A stretch of DNA of 64,000 nt from Eledone cirrhosa (taxonomy: Eukaryota), in contig OZ024742.1 of assembly GCA_964016885.1 (NCBI GenBank), forward strand, positions 255,626,001-255,690,000, written 5' to 3'. Each line of letters opens with the position of its first letter. Positions within the stretch are counted from its first letter, which is position 1. The notes beneath the pieces were generated by a model. It saw nothing but the letters and a program-made list of their open reading frames with translations. It did not search any database and was not told the DNA's origin. This document shows, piece by piece, positions 23,801-37,354 of this stretch. The position numbers were made by a program, and so were the translations under genes.

Positions 23801-25345
23801 AAGGGGAGAGCTTACCATCAATCACCTCCTCTTCATGGACGATCTTAAGCTCTTCGGGAAAAGTGAGAAGGAGTTGGATGTGCTTGTTGACACTGTCCGT
23901 ATTTTCAGCAGTGATATATGTATGCAGTTTGGTATTGGTAAATGTGGAGTCATTGTGATGAAGAGGGGTAGGTTGAGCAGAAGTAACGGGATCCAGATAC
24001 CAACAGGTGAGATGATAAAGGAAATTGACTCTGAGGAAGGATATAAGTATTTGGGCGTTCTGGAGGCTGATGGCATAAAGAACAAAAAAATGAAGGAATT
24101 GTTAAGAACTGAATACATTCGGAGAGTAAGGAGCGTATTGAAGTCACATCTGAACAGCAGAAATGCCATAAGCGCAGTAAATTCCAGAGCTGTGTCTATT
24201 ATTAGGTACAGTGCGGGAATTCTGAGATGGAATGTTGCTGAACAAAAAGAAATGGATAGGAAGACTAGGAAGCTATTGACTATCTACAACATGTTCCACA
24301 AGAGGAGTGATGTCGATAGACTCTACCTAAGGAGATCTGAGGGTGGAAGAGGTCTTATCAGCATAGAGGACTGTGTTCAGATGGAGAAAAACAACCTATA
24401 CAAATACGTGACCTATAGTAAGCAGCCAATGCTCAGAACTGTACTGAAGGAGGGGACAGTAGGCCAGGGGATGTCCAAGGAGGAAATAACATCAAGGAGG
24501 AAGAGCAGCCTTAAGAGAAAATCCCTTCATAGTACCTTCTTTGAGAAAACTGAATTTAGAGATCCACAGACATGGAACTGGTTGAGAAGAGGAGACCTCA
24601 AAAAGGCTACAGAAGGAATGCTAATGGCTGCGCAGGAGCAGGCCCTCAAAACGAAGTGGTTGAAACACCATATCTACAAGGAGGAGGCTAGACCACTGTG
24701 CAGGATCTGTGGAGAGAGAGAGGAGACTGTGGCTCACATTGTGTCCGAGTGTAAACACCTAGCCCAGACCCACTATAAGGGCTGGAGACACGATGTGATG
24801 GGCAGGGTGATCCACTGGCACCTGTGCAAAGTAAACAATCTACCACATTCTGAGAAATGGTATGAGCATAGGCCAGAGGCGGTGATGGAGAACGATCAGG
24901 TGAAGGTGCTGTGGGATTTTAGGATACAGACGGACAAAAAACTGGAACACAATAGACCTGACCTGGTGGTTGTGGACAAAGAAAAAAGATCGTGCCTGAT
25001 TGTGGATGTGGCCTGCCCGTTCGACACGAGAGTGCAAGAGAAGGAGAGGGAGAAAATTAACCGATACCAGGACCTAAAGTGGGAGGTGAAAAGGATTTGG
25101 AACTGCCATGAAGTCAAAGTGATCCCGATTGTCATAGGCGCACTGGGGACTATCTCCAAAGGTTTCCAGGGATGGTTAAAGAAAATCGGCCCCTTCACGC
25201 TTTTTGGAACGCTTCAAAAGGCATGCTTGCTTGGAACAGCAAGAACCCTCCGATACGTCCTGAATATCTGAGGCTGCAGGTAGTGGCTTGATATTCAATC
25301 CAACGGACTTTCCAGTTAACCAACATCAATGACTGAGATTCAAGG
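20802..25345 (+). mobile_element. R4/Dong-clade non-LTR retrotransposon copy 1 (near intact) inserted in (TAA)n
   Basis: Flanked by (AAT)n on both sides. Protein has the R4-type N-terminus (WTKELNRTVMQCY..GYRRRMHNIW), RT (YRPITCL, QKG, GIFQGDSLSP, FMDD, YKYLG), CCHC (CRICGEREETVAHIVSEC) and a restriction-like endonuclease (RPDLVV..DVACP..EKINRY). Confidence 0.92.
21880..25271 (+). pseudogene. R4-type RT/RLE ORF (~1130 aa) broken by a single 1-bp deletion near 22672
   Basis: ORFs 21880-22683 and 22551-25271 join. Copy 2 reads caaatcagggaa in frame where copy 1 has caatcggggaa. The lesion could be real or a sequencing error. Confidence 0.85.
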
Positions 25346-25383
25346 AATAACAATAACAATAATAATAATAATAATAATAATAA

Positions 25384-28300
25384 GGGAAGAAGACGCACGA
25401 GGTGGTAGAAGGTCATGAAATCGCTCCCGTAAGTTTTGAATTTTTAACATATTTAAATCATTTGTGAAATAACAACTCTTAGTACAAATGCTACGTAAAG
25501 CATCCGGCTTGAGCCCCCAAAAAATTCGGACCCAAAATATATTGTTATAAAGCTCAAATATTCAAATATTCAACTTTGTATTGTACATTCAAAAAAGAAA
25601 ATGGCTATAAATGGAAGAAGAAACCCCCCCTCCTCTGTCTACACTATATAGAACAGCCAAACAACACCAGAAACTAGATACACCACCTACCCCATCACCT
25701 CTCTGTGTACACTAAACACAACAGCCAGATAACGGCAATTTCACCACCACCACAACCAATCTCAACATAATAATGATAATAATAAATACTATTATTATTG
25801 TCCCAAGTTTTAACAAAATGGTTAATCCCAACATTAAGGGAATTTAGGTCATATACGCGACTAACCCCATAGATTCACCGAACGGACATCAGTCCTTCAT
25901 TTTTACCACCGCTACAACACCATCACTACAGTAATACGACCACATCATCACCACCACTGCCATCAGTATTACCACTACCCCATCACCGCCGCCACCACTC
26001 CTTCATTGCTACCACCGCTACAACACCATCACTAGAGTAATACGACCACATCACCACCACCACTGCCTCGGTATCGACATCACCACCACCACTGTCTCAG
26101 TATCGCTACCGCCGCTATTCTCTCTCCCATTGCTTCCTGCTAGTTGCTGCCACCACATTATAGAATTCCTACTAAAAAAGAGGAAGGCATCAAAATATAT
26201 AGATAGACTCAAAAGAAAAAAGAAAAAACAAACATCAAAACCAAAGCAGCACAGCAACAACAGCAAAAAAAGAGAAAAACAAACAGAGAAAAACAAAAAC
26301 AACAAAAGACAAAAACAAAACAAAAAAAACGTAAAGAAAATAAGAATGAAGAGAGAAACAAGCGGACGGACAGAGAAGAGAAGGGAAAAACTAAGTCAGA
26401 CATTCGAACACTACATTACAATGAAACTTATGCTTATTCATTTTTGGGGTTTTTTCTGCCTGTGTGTTTGTTTGTTTATTTGTGTTCGTCTACAGCGTGG
26501 TGATAATGCCACACAAGAGCCAAGTGGAGCGGCGCAACCACCGGAGACGGTGAATCCACAGATGGCTATGTAACCATACATTCGCCAATCCTCGATAAGA
26601 GTGTTTAAATATCGAACCTAAACAGTTCGAATAACGGTGAAAGGGAGACTAGAACGTCATGTGACAGACTCTCACCCAACAGGTGCTCCCTGGCTCAGCA
26701 GCAGCAACCTGACTGTCAACCAAATACTGCTGGTGTCGGAGGAAGAAGAAGAAGGGAAGGGACCAGAACCAACTGGACGAAAGAATTGAATAGAACTGTT
26801 ATGCAATGTTACCTGAAAAGTAACCCCAAGGAGAGGGGCTATAGGAGACGGATGCATAACATCTGGAACGAGATTGGTCTATTTAGATTAAATGAACAAA
26901 AATTGGCCGGGCAGGCTCGGGTAATAAGAACTAATGGGTGGATAAGCGAGCTGGAACTGGAGGAACTGAGCAGAGAGATTAGCTTGGAGATGGAGGGTGG
27001 AGTATGCCAGGCAAACGAGCCAGTGAGAAATGAAGGTGAAGAGGTCGAGAGAACGGAGGAAAACCCGAAGCAGACAATGATCTGAATACTGAGATAAATA
27101 ATACCTGGAACAGAGATACGGCCACTGAGGAGATGAATGCTGACGGGCTAGGACAAGATTCGGTTGACATCCTAAATCTAGTGGTAGCTGAATTGAACAA
27201 TGATAGTGGGAGACCTATGAACCTAAGATTTGTAGACAGGAACAAGTTAAAAGAAACAATAGCTAGGGTAAACAAAGTCATCCCATACCTTAAGGCGAGG
27301 AGCCTTCATCAGTGCAAAAATATCCTCAAAGCAACAGCAAATACGGTGAGGAAACTACTTGGTATAAAAGCGAGAGGAAACAACAGACAAGAAAGAGCAG
27401 AGCCTTGGTGGAAGAAACGACTGAGTGGTCAAATCAGGGAAATGAGAAATGACATTGGAAAGCTTGAGTCACTACTGAATGGGACACTAAAAAACATAGA
27501 CACTAAAAATAGACTGGAAATAAAGTACAAAACTAGGAGGAAAAAGCTAAATATTATCATAGAGGAACTGAAGCAACGCATTGTAGCAAAGAGTGCAAAA
27601 ATCAGGCGATACGAGAACAGAGTCAGTCAGTATAAACAGAACCGCATGTTCGACAACAACCAGAAGATGCTGTTTGGACAGCTTGTGGGGAAAGAAAGAG
27701 GCAACGACTTGATCCCTGAGGCGGAACAAACTAAAACGTTCTGGAGAGGAATATGGGAGCAGGATGTTAGGCATAATGACCAGGCAGGGTGGATTGAGAC
27801 AGTACAGAGGGAGATCGGTGAGCAGGCACACCAACAAACTGATTTGAGTATCACAGTTGAAACTCTTAAGGGGCAGGCCAAAAACTAACCAACTGGAAAT
27901 CACCAGGCCCAGATGGTGTGCAGGGGTATTGGATTAAAAATTTAACATCCCTCCACCCGAAACTGACAGACATGTTCAATGACTGCTTGATGTCAGGTGA
28001 GGTACCAGAAGGGTTGACAAAAGGTACCACAGTTCTGATAATGAAAGACCGAATCACTTGTCTGTCCGTAATGTGGAAACTGTTGACGAGCATTGTGTCT
28101 GAGGAAATCTACCATCACCTCCATACAAACAACTTGTTACTGGACGAACAGAAAGGATGCCGAAAGAAGTCACGTGGTACAAAGGACCAGCTACTTATTG
28201 ATAAGATGGTAATGGGAAACTGCAGGAGGAGACACACTGATCTTGTAATGGGATGGATAGACTACAGAATGGCATTTGACATGGTGCCTCATTCTTGGAT

Positions 28301-30064
28301 CACCAAAAGCCTGGAGATCTTCAAGGTGACAGATAACATCAGACAGTTGCTGGGCAGGAGTATGAGGTCCTGGGAGACAGAGTTGACATCAACTGGAGAA
28401 TCCTTGGGAAGCGTGAAGATCAAGAGAGGTATCTTCCAGGGAGATAGCCTGTCCCCTCTGTTGTTTGTCCTTGCCCTGATCATTATGCTGTGAAAAGTGA
28501 GAGCAGGATACAAGTTGGGAAAAGGAGGGCTTACCATCAATCACCTCCTCTTCATGGACGATCTTAAGATCTTCGGGAAGAGTGAGAAGGAGTTGGATGT
28601 GCTTGTTGACACTGTCCGTATTTTCAGCAGTGATATATGTATGCAGTTTGGTATTAGTAAGTGTGGAGTCATTGTGATGAGGAGGGGTAGGTTGAGCAGA
28701 AGTAACGGAATCCAGATACCAACAGGTGAGATGATAAAGGAAATTGACTCTGAGGAAGGATACAAGTATTTGGGCGTTCTGGAGGCTGATGGCATAAAGA
28801 ACAAAAAAATGAAGGAATTGTTAAGAACTGAATACATTCGGAGAATAAGGAGCGTATTGAAGTCACATCTGAACAGCAGAAATGCCATAAGCGCAGTAAA
28901 TTCCCGAGCTGTGTCTATTATTAGGTACAGTGCGGGAATTCTGAGATGGAATGTTGCTGAACAAAAAGAAATGGATAGGAAGACTAGGAAGTTATTGACT
29001 ATCTACAACATGTTCCACAAGAGGAGTGATGTCGATAGACTCTACCTAAGGAGATCTGAGGGTGGAAGAGGTCTTATCAGCATAGAGGACTGTGTTCAGA
29101 TGGAGAAAAACAACCTACACAAATACGTGACTGATAGTAAGGAGCCAATGCTCAGAACTGTACTGAAGGAGGGGACAATAGGCCAGGGGATGTCCAAGGA
29201 GGAAATAACATCAAGGAGAAAGAGCAGCCTTCAGGGAAAATCCCTTCATAGTACCTTCTTTGAGAAAACTGAATTTAGAGATCCACAGACATGGAACTGG
29301 TTGAGAAGAGGAGACCTCAAAAAGGCTACAGAAGGAATGTTAATGGCTGCGCAGGAGAAGGCCCTCAAAACGAAGTGGTTGAAACACCATATTTACAAGG
29401 AGGAGGCTAGCCCACTGTGCAGGATCTGTGGAGAGAGAGATGTGACTGTGGCTCACATTGTATCCGAGTGTAAACACCTAGCCCAGACCCACTATAAGAG
29501 CTGGAGACATGATGTGATGGGCAGGGTGATCCACTGGCACCTGTGCAAAGTAAACAGTTTACCACATTCTGAGAAATGGTATGAGCATAAGCCAGAGGCG
29601 GTGATGGAGAACGATCAGGTGAAGGTGCTGTGGGATTTTAGGATACAGACGGACAAGAAACTGTAACACAATAGACCTGACCTGGTGGTTGTGGATAAAG
29701 AAAAAAGATCGTGTCTGATTGTGGATGTGGCCTGCCCATTCGACACAAGAGTGCAAGAGAAGGAGAGGGAGAAAATTAACCGATACCAGGACTTAAAGTG
29801 GGAGGTAAAAAGGATTTGGAACTGCCATGAAGTCAAAGTGATCCCGATTGTCATAGGCGCACTGGGAACTATCTCCAAAAGTTTCCAGGGATGGTTAAAG
29901 AAAATCGGCCCCTTCACGCTTTTTGGAACGCTTCAAAAGGCATGCTTGCTGGGAACAGCAAGAACCCTCCGATACGTCCTGAATATCTGAGGCTGCAGGT
30001 AGTGGCTTGATATTCAATCCAACGGACTTTCCAGTTAACCAACATCAATGACTGTGATTCAAGG
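25384..30064 (+). mobile_element. R4/Dong-clade retrotransposon copy 2 (pseudogenised), tandem to copy 1
   Basis: Same 5' and 3' termini as copy 1 and highly similar. Start ATG>AGG (~26642), frameshifts near 27060 and 27880, ~27-bp deletion near 28055, stops at 28491 and 29664. Confidence 0.92.
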
Positions 30065-30083
30065 AATAATAATAATAATAATA

Positions 30084-31200
30084 AGGGAATCACATGATTG
30101 GATGATCAAAGTCGTTTTGAAACACGAAAGCATCAAAAGATCATATTCCATTACAAAAGATGCACAAAGATACAGTAATGGACTACAAATTTCAGAAGTC
30201 CCATTTACTGCTGAAATGGAAAACACAGAAAAAGCAAAGCAGGTAAAAGTAACAGCAAAGAAAGAACTGCTACAGAAACTGGCTAAGAAATGGCAAGAAA
30301 AGCCTCTGTATGGAAAATACCCAGAGCGAGCTAACAATCCTGATGTTGACAAAACTTTAACCCATCAGTAGTTGGCATCCTCTGGACTGAAATCGGAGAC
30401 TGAAGGACTGATTATATCGGCACAAGATCAGTGTCTGCCAACAAAAAATTACCAAGCCAACATAATAAAAAATGGATGCAGCCCATTATGCCGTGTATGC
30501 AAAAAACAACCAGAGACCATTGACCATATAATTTCAATGTGCAGTCCTATAGCTCCAACCGAATACCTAAACAGGCATGACAGAGCTGCACAATACATAC
30601 ATTGGATAATGTGTAAGCATTTTGACCTGCCCCATCAAAAGAATTGGTGGGAGCATCAACCACCTCCCATAATTGAAAAAGATCACATCTCAATCTTGTG
30701 GAACTTTAGCATCCAAACAGACCGAAAAATAGATGCAAATAGACCTGATATAATATTGAAGGACTTTAAAAAGAGGGTATGCCTGCTAATTGATATGTCT
30801 GTTCCAATAGACAAGAATGTATCTATAAAAACATTTGAAAAATTGAGCAAGTATAAGGACCTGGAGATAGAAATTGGAAAAATGTGGAAATTGAGAACTA
30901 AAACAATACCAGTGGTTGTAGGCGCTCTGGGAATGATACCTAAGGGGTCTAATGACTACTTATCGCAAATCCCAGGAAACCCGCGTATAGGAGAAATACA
31001 AAAGTTAGTACTAATGGGAACTGCCCATATACTAAGGAAGATTCTGTCAATATAAGTACATCACAAGTCTAAACACTAAAGATGCATGTGTGAGTATGTA
31101 TGTTCTTTCTTGAACATGGCGGACCTTGTTGTCTGTTGAGGTCACTGGTTGTGACTTGGTGATAACTCGTATGAACATAAAGCAAGATAAATACAACTGT
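30084..31200 (+). mobile_element. 5'-truncated R4/Dong-clade element of a second family
   Basis: AQDQCLPT, CRVCKKQPETIDHIISMC, NRPDIILKD..IDMSVP..EKLSKY, IPVVVGALG; flanked by (AAT)n. Confidence 0.9.
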
Positions 31201-31220
31201 AATGATAATAATAATAATAA

Positions 31221-33687
31221 TGTTTTCTTTATTAACCACAATGGTTTACATAAAGTAGACATTAAGGACAGTACAGGACAATACAGGACGGTACAAGTGG
31301 ACATTTCTGCGTGTAAAAAAAACAGAGGATGTAATAAAATAACAAAGAAAAATTCCCCAATAGGGGGGAGACTTCCGAGGGACATTTGTGGAGAAATCCC
31401 ATTAAAAGACCACAGTGAACCTGACCACCAGGGCAAGTGCCCTCTCCCAGTTTTCCACCTTTAATTTACAGACACATACTCTGGCCATACTTGCTTCTCT
31501 CACCCATCTTTCAACAAAATGCTGGGTAGAGAGCACTTCCCTCTCTACCCTGATTTTCCTTTTCAAATGAAATTTGAAAAAAGTTAATCTGGGCATCACC
31601 GAAGAGGTAAGTGCTAGTCTTCAGCCCTTTCAAACGTGTCCACCATACTATCTCTTTCGCCATGGCCACTTGACAGATAAAAACTGCCTGCCCTTCCCGG
31701 CTAAAGGAAGAGGGCGGGGAAATCCTCACGATGGACTCAGCTGATAGCTGGATCCGTCCTACACGTGACAGCAGGTGTTCGACATAAACCCACAAGTCAG
31801 CAAGGCTCGGACACTGGACGAGTGCGTGCAGGACGGTTTCGTCGCCCTGCTCGCATCTCGGACATGCCCGGCTGATGGCACCTCCATGCCTGTAGAGTTT
31901 ATCCCGAACTGGCAAAGCTCCCTGGTAGCACTGCCAGGCCAGGGATTTCTGGAAGTTGTCCATAGGCCCCGGCCCGAAATTCCTTCCGAAGAGATTGGCT
32001 AGTTGATTTTCGTCGACGCTTAGAGTTTCTCCAAGTACGTCGTCGCTCTTCCCCTCCACTAATCCTCTATAGAACGTCAAGGTGGAGTTTCCACCGATCA
32101 CATTGCCCGATTGGTCGAGGGCTGTGAGCGCCTGAAGACATTCCAGTCTCCAAGCGCTCCCGCTCGGTCTTCGCTTGACCCAGGACTGCAGCTCCGTCAA
32201 GGAGACGAGCTGGGGAAAGACGTGTCTAGGAAACGGCGACCACACCTGATCACCGTCGAGGAAGAGGTGGAGATGTCGTAGCCTGAGCGCGTGTCTGCGC
32301 ATCATCAGCCACGGCATACCCAGCCCTCCACGTAGCGGGTGTTGACAGCAGATGGACCGCCTGACCATCGGAGCGCGTCCCTTCCACAAAAAGCGAAAGA
32401 GCAAACGCTCCAGCGCAGTCAGGTGGGGCTTAGGACAAGGTACGACGGTCAGGCGGTAGTAGATGACGGACGCGATGTACGCGTTAGCCACCTCCGCTCG
32501 ACCTTTCAGGGATAGCTTCCTGTCGGCCCATTTCTGGGTAAGAGAAGCCACCCTGCTCGTCACCTCGTCCCAGTTTTTGTCCGTCTGGAGGTCTGGACCG
32601 AACCAGACCCCTAGCAATTTAACCGGTCCGTCCGTCCAGCGCCCGACGACGCTGTTGGACGGCATGGACCTGCCTCTCCAGGTGCCGAGCTGCAGGCCCA
32701 CTGACTTTTCCTGGTTGATCATTGCTCCTGTCACCGCTTCGTATTCTCTTAGTGTAGTGCCGATCGCCTCGATGTGTTTGGCGTTCGACACCACTACGGT
32801 GACATCGTCGGCATATGCTGACACGGATCTTCCGCATCCTAGTTCGCGCGGGACCCCCCCTCAACGTCTCCAGTTTGTGCAGTAATGGCTCGAGAGTCAA
32901 TACGTACAATAGGGACGGGAGGGGACATCCTTGGCGGACCGAGCGCATGATGTTGAACGGTTCCGAAAGGTGACCGTTCACTCTCACTACAGAGCAGATG
33001 TCGCTGTGCATGGCAGCGATCCAGCCTCTGAAGAGTGGCCCAAAGCCAGCCGCCCTCAGGACTGCCGCTAGGTAACGATGGTCGATCCTATCGAAGGCTT
33101 TCGACTGATCTAAATTGATCAAAGACCCACCCGTGCCAGGTTCCCTAGCTACCCTCTCTACGAGGTGGAGGTTGTCGTGGATGGATCTGTCGGGAATGGC
33201 GCATGTCTGCGCCTCTCCCACAAGACCACCAACGACAAGCGCCAACCTCTTTGCTAGCACCTTGGCCAAAATCTTGAACTCTGTGTTTAGCAGAGTTATG
33301 GGCCTAACATTATCTATGTTATCCCCTTGTTCGGATCCTACTTTTTTTTGATTGCTACTGTTTATATTTTTTTGAGTGTTGGCAAACGTAGTAACATTTA
33401 CAATGGTGGTGTCGGTGTGAGGTGTTAATTTGTGAGGAAGGCTTTTAGCTGCTTGGTGCAGAGGTGAATTAGCCATTCTTTTTTTCAAAGAAATTTTTTG
33501 ATAATCATAAAAGTCTAAATTTTGGGCTCAAGGCCCCAATCTTTTTGGGTGTCCTTTTCGGAAAACAATGTATGTGCGCTTATATATAGTTAACAATAAA
33601 AATTTTCCATAAATGGCAATTTTTAACAAACGGAAATAACAAACCTTTGCGGAGCTCACGATGATACGATTTACTACATAGGTCGCC
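31221..33687 (-). mobile_element. Tx1-like (L1 clade) retrotransposon A, internally deleted
   Basis: RT motifs RPITLLNTEFKIL, LDQSKAFDRI, VRQGCP, AYADD; C-terminal CPRC..ETVLHALVQC; (ATT)n tail. 33335-33687 looks like a 5' UTR/ORF1 start fused directly to the RT (less certain). Confidence 0.85.
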
Positions 33688-33750
<63 letters not shown>

Positions 33751-33751
<1 letters not shown>

Positions 33752-34650
33752 TTTTCTTTATTAACCACAAGGGTTTACATAAAGTAGACATTAAGGACAG
33801 TACATGACAATACAGGACGGTACAAATGGGCATTTCTGCGTGTAAAAAACAGAGGATGTAATAAAATAACAAAGAAAAATTCCCCAATAGGGGGGAAACT
33901 TCCGAGGGACATTTGTGGAGAAAGCCCATTAAAAGACCACAGTGACCCTGACCACCAGGGCAAGTGCCCTCTCCCAGTTTTCCACCTTTAATTTACAGAC
34001 ACATACTCAGAGAAGGCCCATTCATTCGGGCCATACTTGCTTCTCTCACCCATCTTTCAACAAAATGCTGGGTAGAGAGCACTTCCCCCTCTACGCTGAT
34101 TTTTCTTTTCAAATGAAATTTGAAAAAAGTTAATCAGGGCATCACCGAAGAGGTAAGTGCTCGTCTTCAGCCCTTTCAAACGTGTCCACCATACTATCTC
34201 TTTCGCCATGGCCACCAGACAGATAAAAACTGCCTGCCCTTCCCGGCTAAAGGAAGAGGGCGGGGAAATCCTCACGATGGACTCAGCTGATAGCTGGATC
34301 CGTCCTACACGTGACAGCAGGTGTTCGACATAAACCCACAAGTCAGCAATGCTCGGACACTGGACGAGTGCGTGCAGGACGGTTTCGTCGCTCTGTGCGT
34401 ATCTCGGACATGCCCGGCTGACGGCATCTCCATGCCTGTAGAGTTTATCCCGAACAGGCAAAGCACCCCGGTAGCACTGCCAGGCCAGGGATTTCTGGAA
34501 GTTGTCCATAGGCCCCGGCCCGAAAGTCCTTCCGAAGAGATTGGCTAGTAGATTTTCGTCGACGCTTAGAGTTTCTCCAAGTACGTCGTCGCTCTTACCC
34601 CCCACTAATCCCCTATAGAACGCCAAGGTGGAGTTTCCACCGATCACATT
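33751..34650 (-). mobile_element. Tx1-like retrotransposon B, 3' fragment
   Basis: Near-identical to 31221-32103; ends in (ATT)n. Confidence 0.88.
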
Positions 34651-37350
34651 GGAAACTCTCACGAGCGACGAGCTGAAACTCCTACACCTCGGACCTAAGT
34701 TCATCGTCACACAACGTCTCGACGACAGACTCAAACTCAACATCGAGGCCAACTTTTGTCGAGCCGCTTACCAACTTAAATGGGTGACCGCCATCAACAG
34801 CGCCACAGAAAATAACAGCGCCGACGCAACCCACCCCAAGTTCCCCACTTACCACCCCGACAACCCACTCCACCCCCACCCACCAACCACGAACTCGACA
34901 CTAAACTCATCAGGCTAAAACACTCCATTTCGGATATACTTCACAAACACACACACACACGCACAACACATAACCTCACCAAATCTCAACTCACCACTCT
35001 CTCCAACCTAAAATCGAAGAACCTCATCTATCTCCCCTCCGACAAGGGAAAAGAATTCTGCGTCATCAGCAGAGAGGCCTACAACACTCTCGCCCTCCAA
35101 CACCTTGACGATGACAACCTCTACTCCAAGGTCACGGGAATCACTCCCGCGCAGATAGAAGAACACATCAACTCCGCCTGGACCAACATCTGCGACCGGC
35201 GGAAGCTCCCGAAGAAGCTGAGATACAACCTCCTCACGAGGAACAGCAGACTACCCGGTTTCTACCACCTCGTGAAAACACACAAACAGGGACCCGACCT
35301 GAAAATCAGGCCCATCGTATCGAGCGTGGAGGGACCACTCTACAAAATTTCATGGCTCCTAGCCAGAATACTCAAACCCATCTTAGACACCGTGCCGGGA
35401 CACGTTAACAGCTCCGAGGAGGTGTTGAAGCGCCTGCATCAAATGGATCCCGACACCAGAAGGAATAACAGATATGCCTTCAGCCTTGATGTAGTCGCTC
35501 TCTACACCTCGGTTCCAGCACTCCCGGCCGTCAATATACTAATGGAACGCGTCCAATCCACCGACCTACACTGCTTCGGGCTCACCACCACTGACATCCA
35601 CCAACTCCTATCCATCGTCGTCGACAACACCTACTTCGGATTCCTTGACCAAATATACCAACAAACCTCGGGATTGCCCATGGGATCAAGCCTATCAGGT
35701 GTGCTAGCGATCTCTTACATGGACAACCTCGAACGCAAGGCACTCAACGCCTGCCACCCCAACGCTGTAGCCTTTTTCTCAAGGTACGTGGACGATATCC
35801 TCATCCTCACATCTTCCAAAAGATACGGCGAACAGAATCTATGAGACGTTCAACAACACGGACCAGAACATTGACTTCAGTGTTGAACACCCCAACGAAG
35901 ACGGGTCACTTGCCCTCCTCGACTTCCGAATCAACATCACGGAACAGGGAAGGATCCACTGCAACTTCTACCGAAAGGCAGCCTGCAGGGACCTATTCGT
36001 TCACTACAAGTCCGCCCTCCCTAACAGTGGCAAAAGAGGATACATCACGAACGAGATCGCGCGAATCAAAAACAGATGCAGCGATCCCGCGAGTGGTGTC
36101 ATTCATACCAAGCGATTCCTCGAGGTGCTGGAGACGAACGGGTATCCTACCTCGATCACAGACAGAATAGGAGACACCAGACGCAAGAGACAGAGAAGCA
36201 CCCAAGGTAAGTGCTTCCTTAAAATGCCACACCTGGGCGAGAAAACCAGCAACGCTATCCGCAAGGCTATACGGAGGGAGGGCCTCGACATCCACCTGGC
36301 CCACTCGGGCCCCTCCCTGCGAAGATGCCTCTCCAGGAAACCCGAAAAATCTACTGACGCATGCTCCCTCAGAGACTGCCCGATACGCCATGCGAACTGT
36401 TGCCTACGCACATACGTCGTGTATGAGATAGATTGTGACAGGTGCAACCAATACTACATAGATAGCACAATTCGACCTTTGCACATCCGGATCAAGGAAC
36501 ACACTAAAACCAGGGCCTCGTCTTTCCGGGAACACATAGACACATGCGGAAACAAAGACGGAAGGCCCATTGTTACAATTCTAGCAACTGAAAGAAACGT
36601 CGGCACGTTACGTATCAAGGAAGCGCTTTTTATCAAACGACTGCAACCGCAAATAAACAACCGATCAGAGAGAAGCGAAATGAGATGGCTGGTTTAAGTT
36701 AACAAGCGATGCAACAACACACAACACACGCACACACACACACACGCCAACGAGACACTACACACACACACGCACACACACACAGTAGCATTCCACCATA
36801 CGAACATACTACACTGCCAATACAGAGGAACAAGGCAACAACACACGCACACACACACACATACTCAAGCGTGACAACGACACACGCACACACACACACA
36901 GTAACATTTAACAAACAGGCAGAGAATGGACTGACAGCTAGCGCCATCCCACTCCCTCATTCGGCCGCTGACCTCTGTACGACCGACCCCATTTCACGCG
37001 AACGCGCGTTCTGCCGAATACCCCAGATATTCAAAACAACAAACAGCGAAGGACGCGATCCGGACTTGTCCGACAGACAATCTTTTCCCACACGCCGGAA
37101 AAAATCCCCAGTTGATGGATGTGAATCCGAAATATATAGGGACTAATAAATCTCTCCCAAGGTAACTCTCTCTTGTGTTGTTATTTTTATTTTATCCTTT
37201 ATACTCTTCCCTTCATTCTACACATTTCACACATCTTATACACACCACGTATCTCAACGTACACCCACTTACATCTCTCTCCACCACCGGACCTTGTTAC
37301 CCGGAGATTTACCCATTTGCATTGTCGAGGCTTCCAAACGACTTAAAGAT
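34651..37350 (+). mobile_element. Penelope-like element (RT + GIY-YIG + pseudo-LTR, pLTR), about 2 frameshifts
   Basis: KTHK..IRPIVS, SLDVVALYTSV, GLPMGSSLS, RYVDD, FYRK, then YVVYEIDCDRCNQYYIDSTIRPLHIRIKEH...EALFI...QINNRSE. The 3' region has a hammerhead-like motif, AATAAA and a possible AG|GTAA donor. Confidence 0.92.
37105..37142 (+). ncRNA. Atypical minimal hammerhead-like motif in PLE pLTR
   Basis: tccc-CAGTTGA-t-gga tgtgaa tcc-GAAA-tata-TA-ggga; the core deviates from CUGANGA at two positions. Confidence 0.5.
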
Positions 37351-37354
37351 ATTT

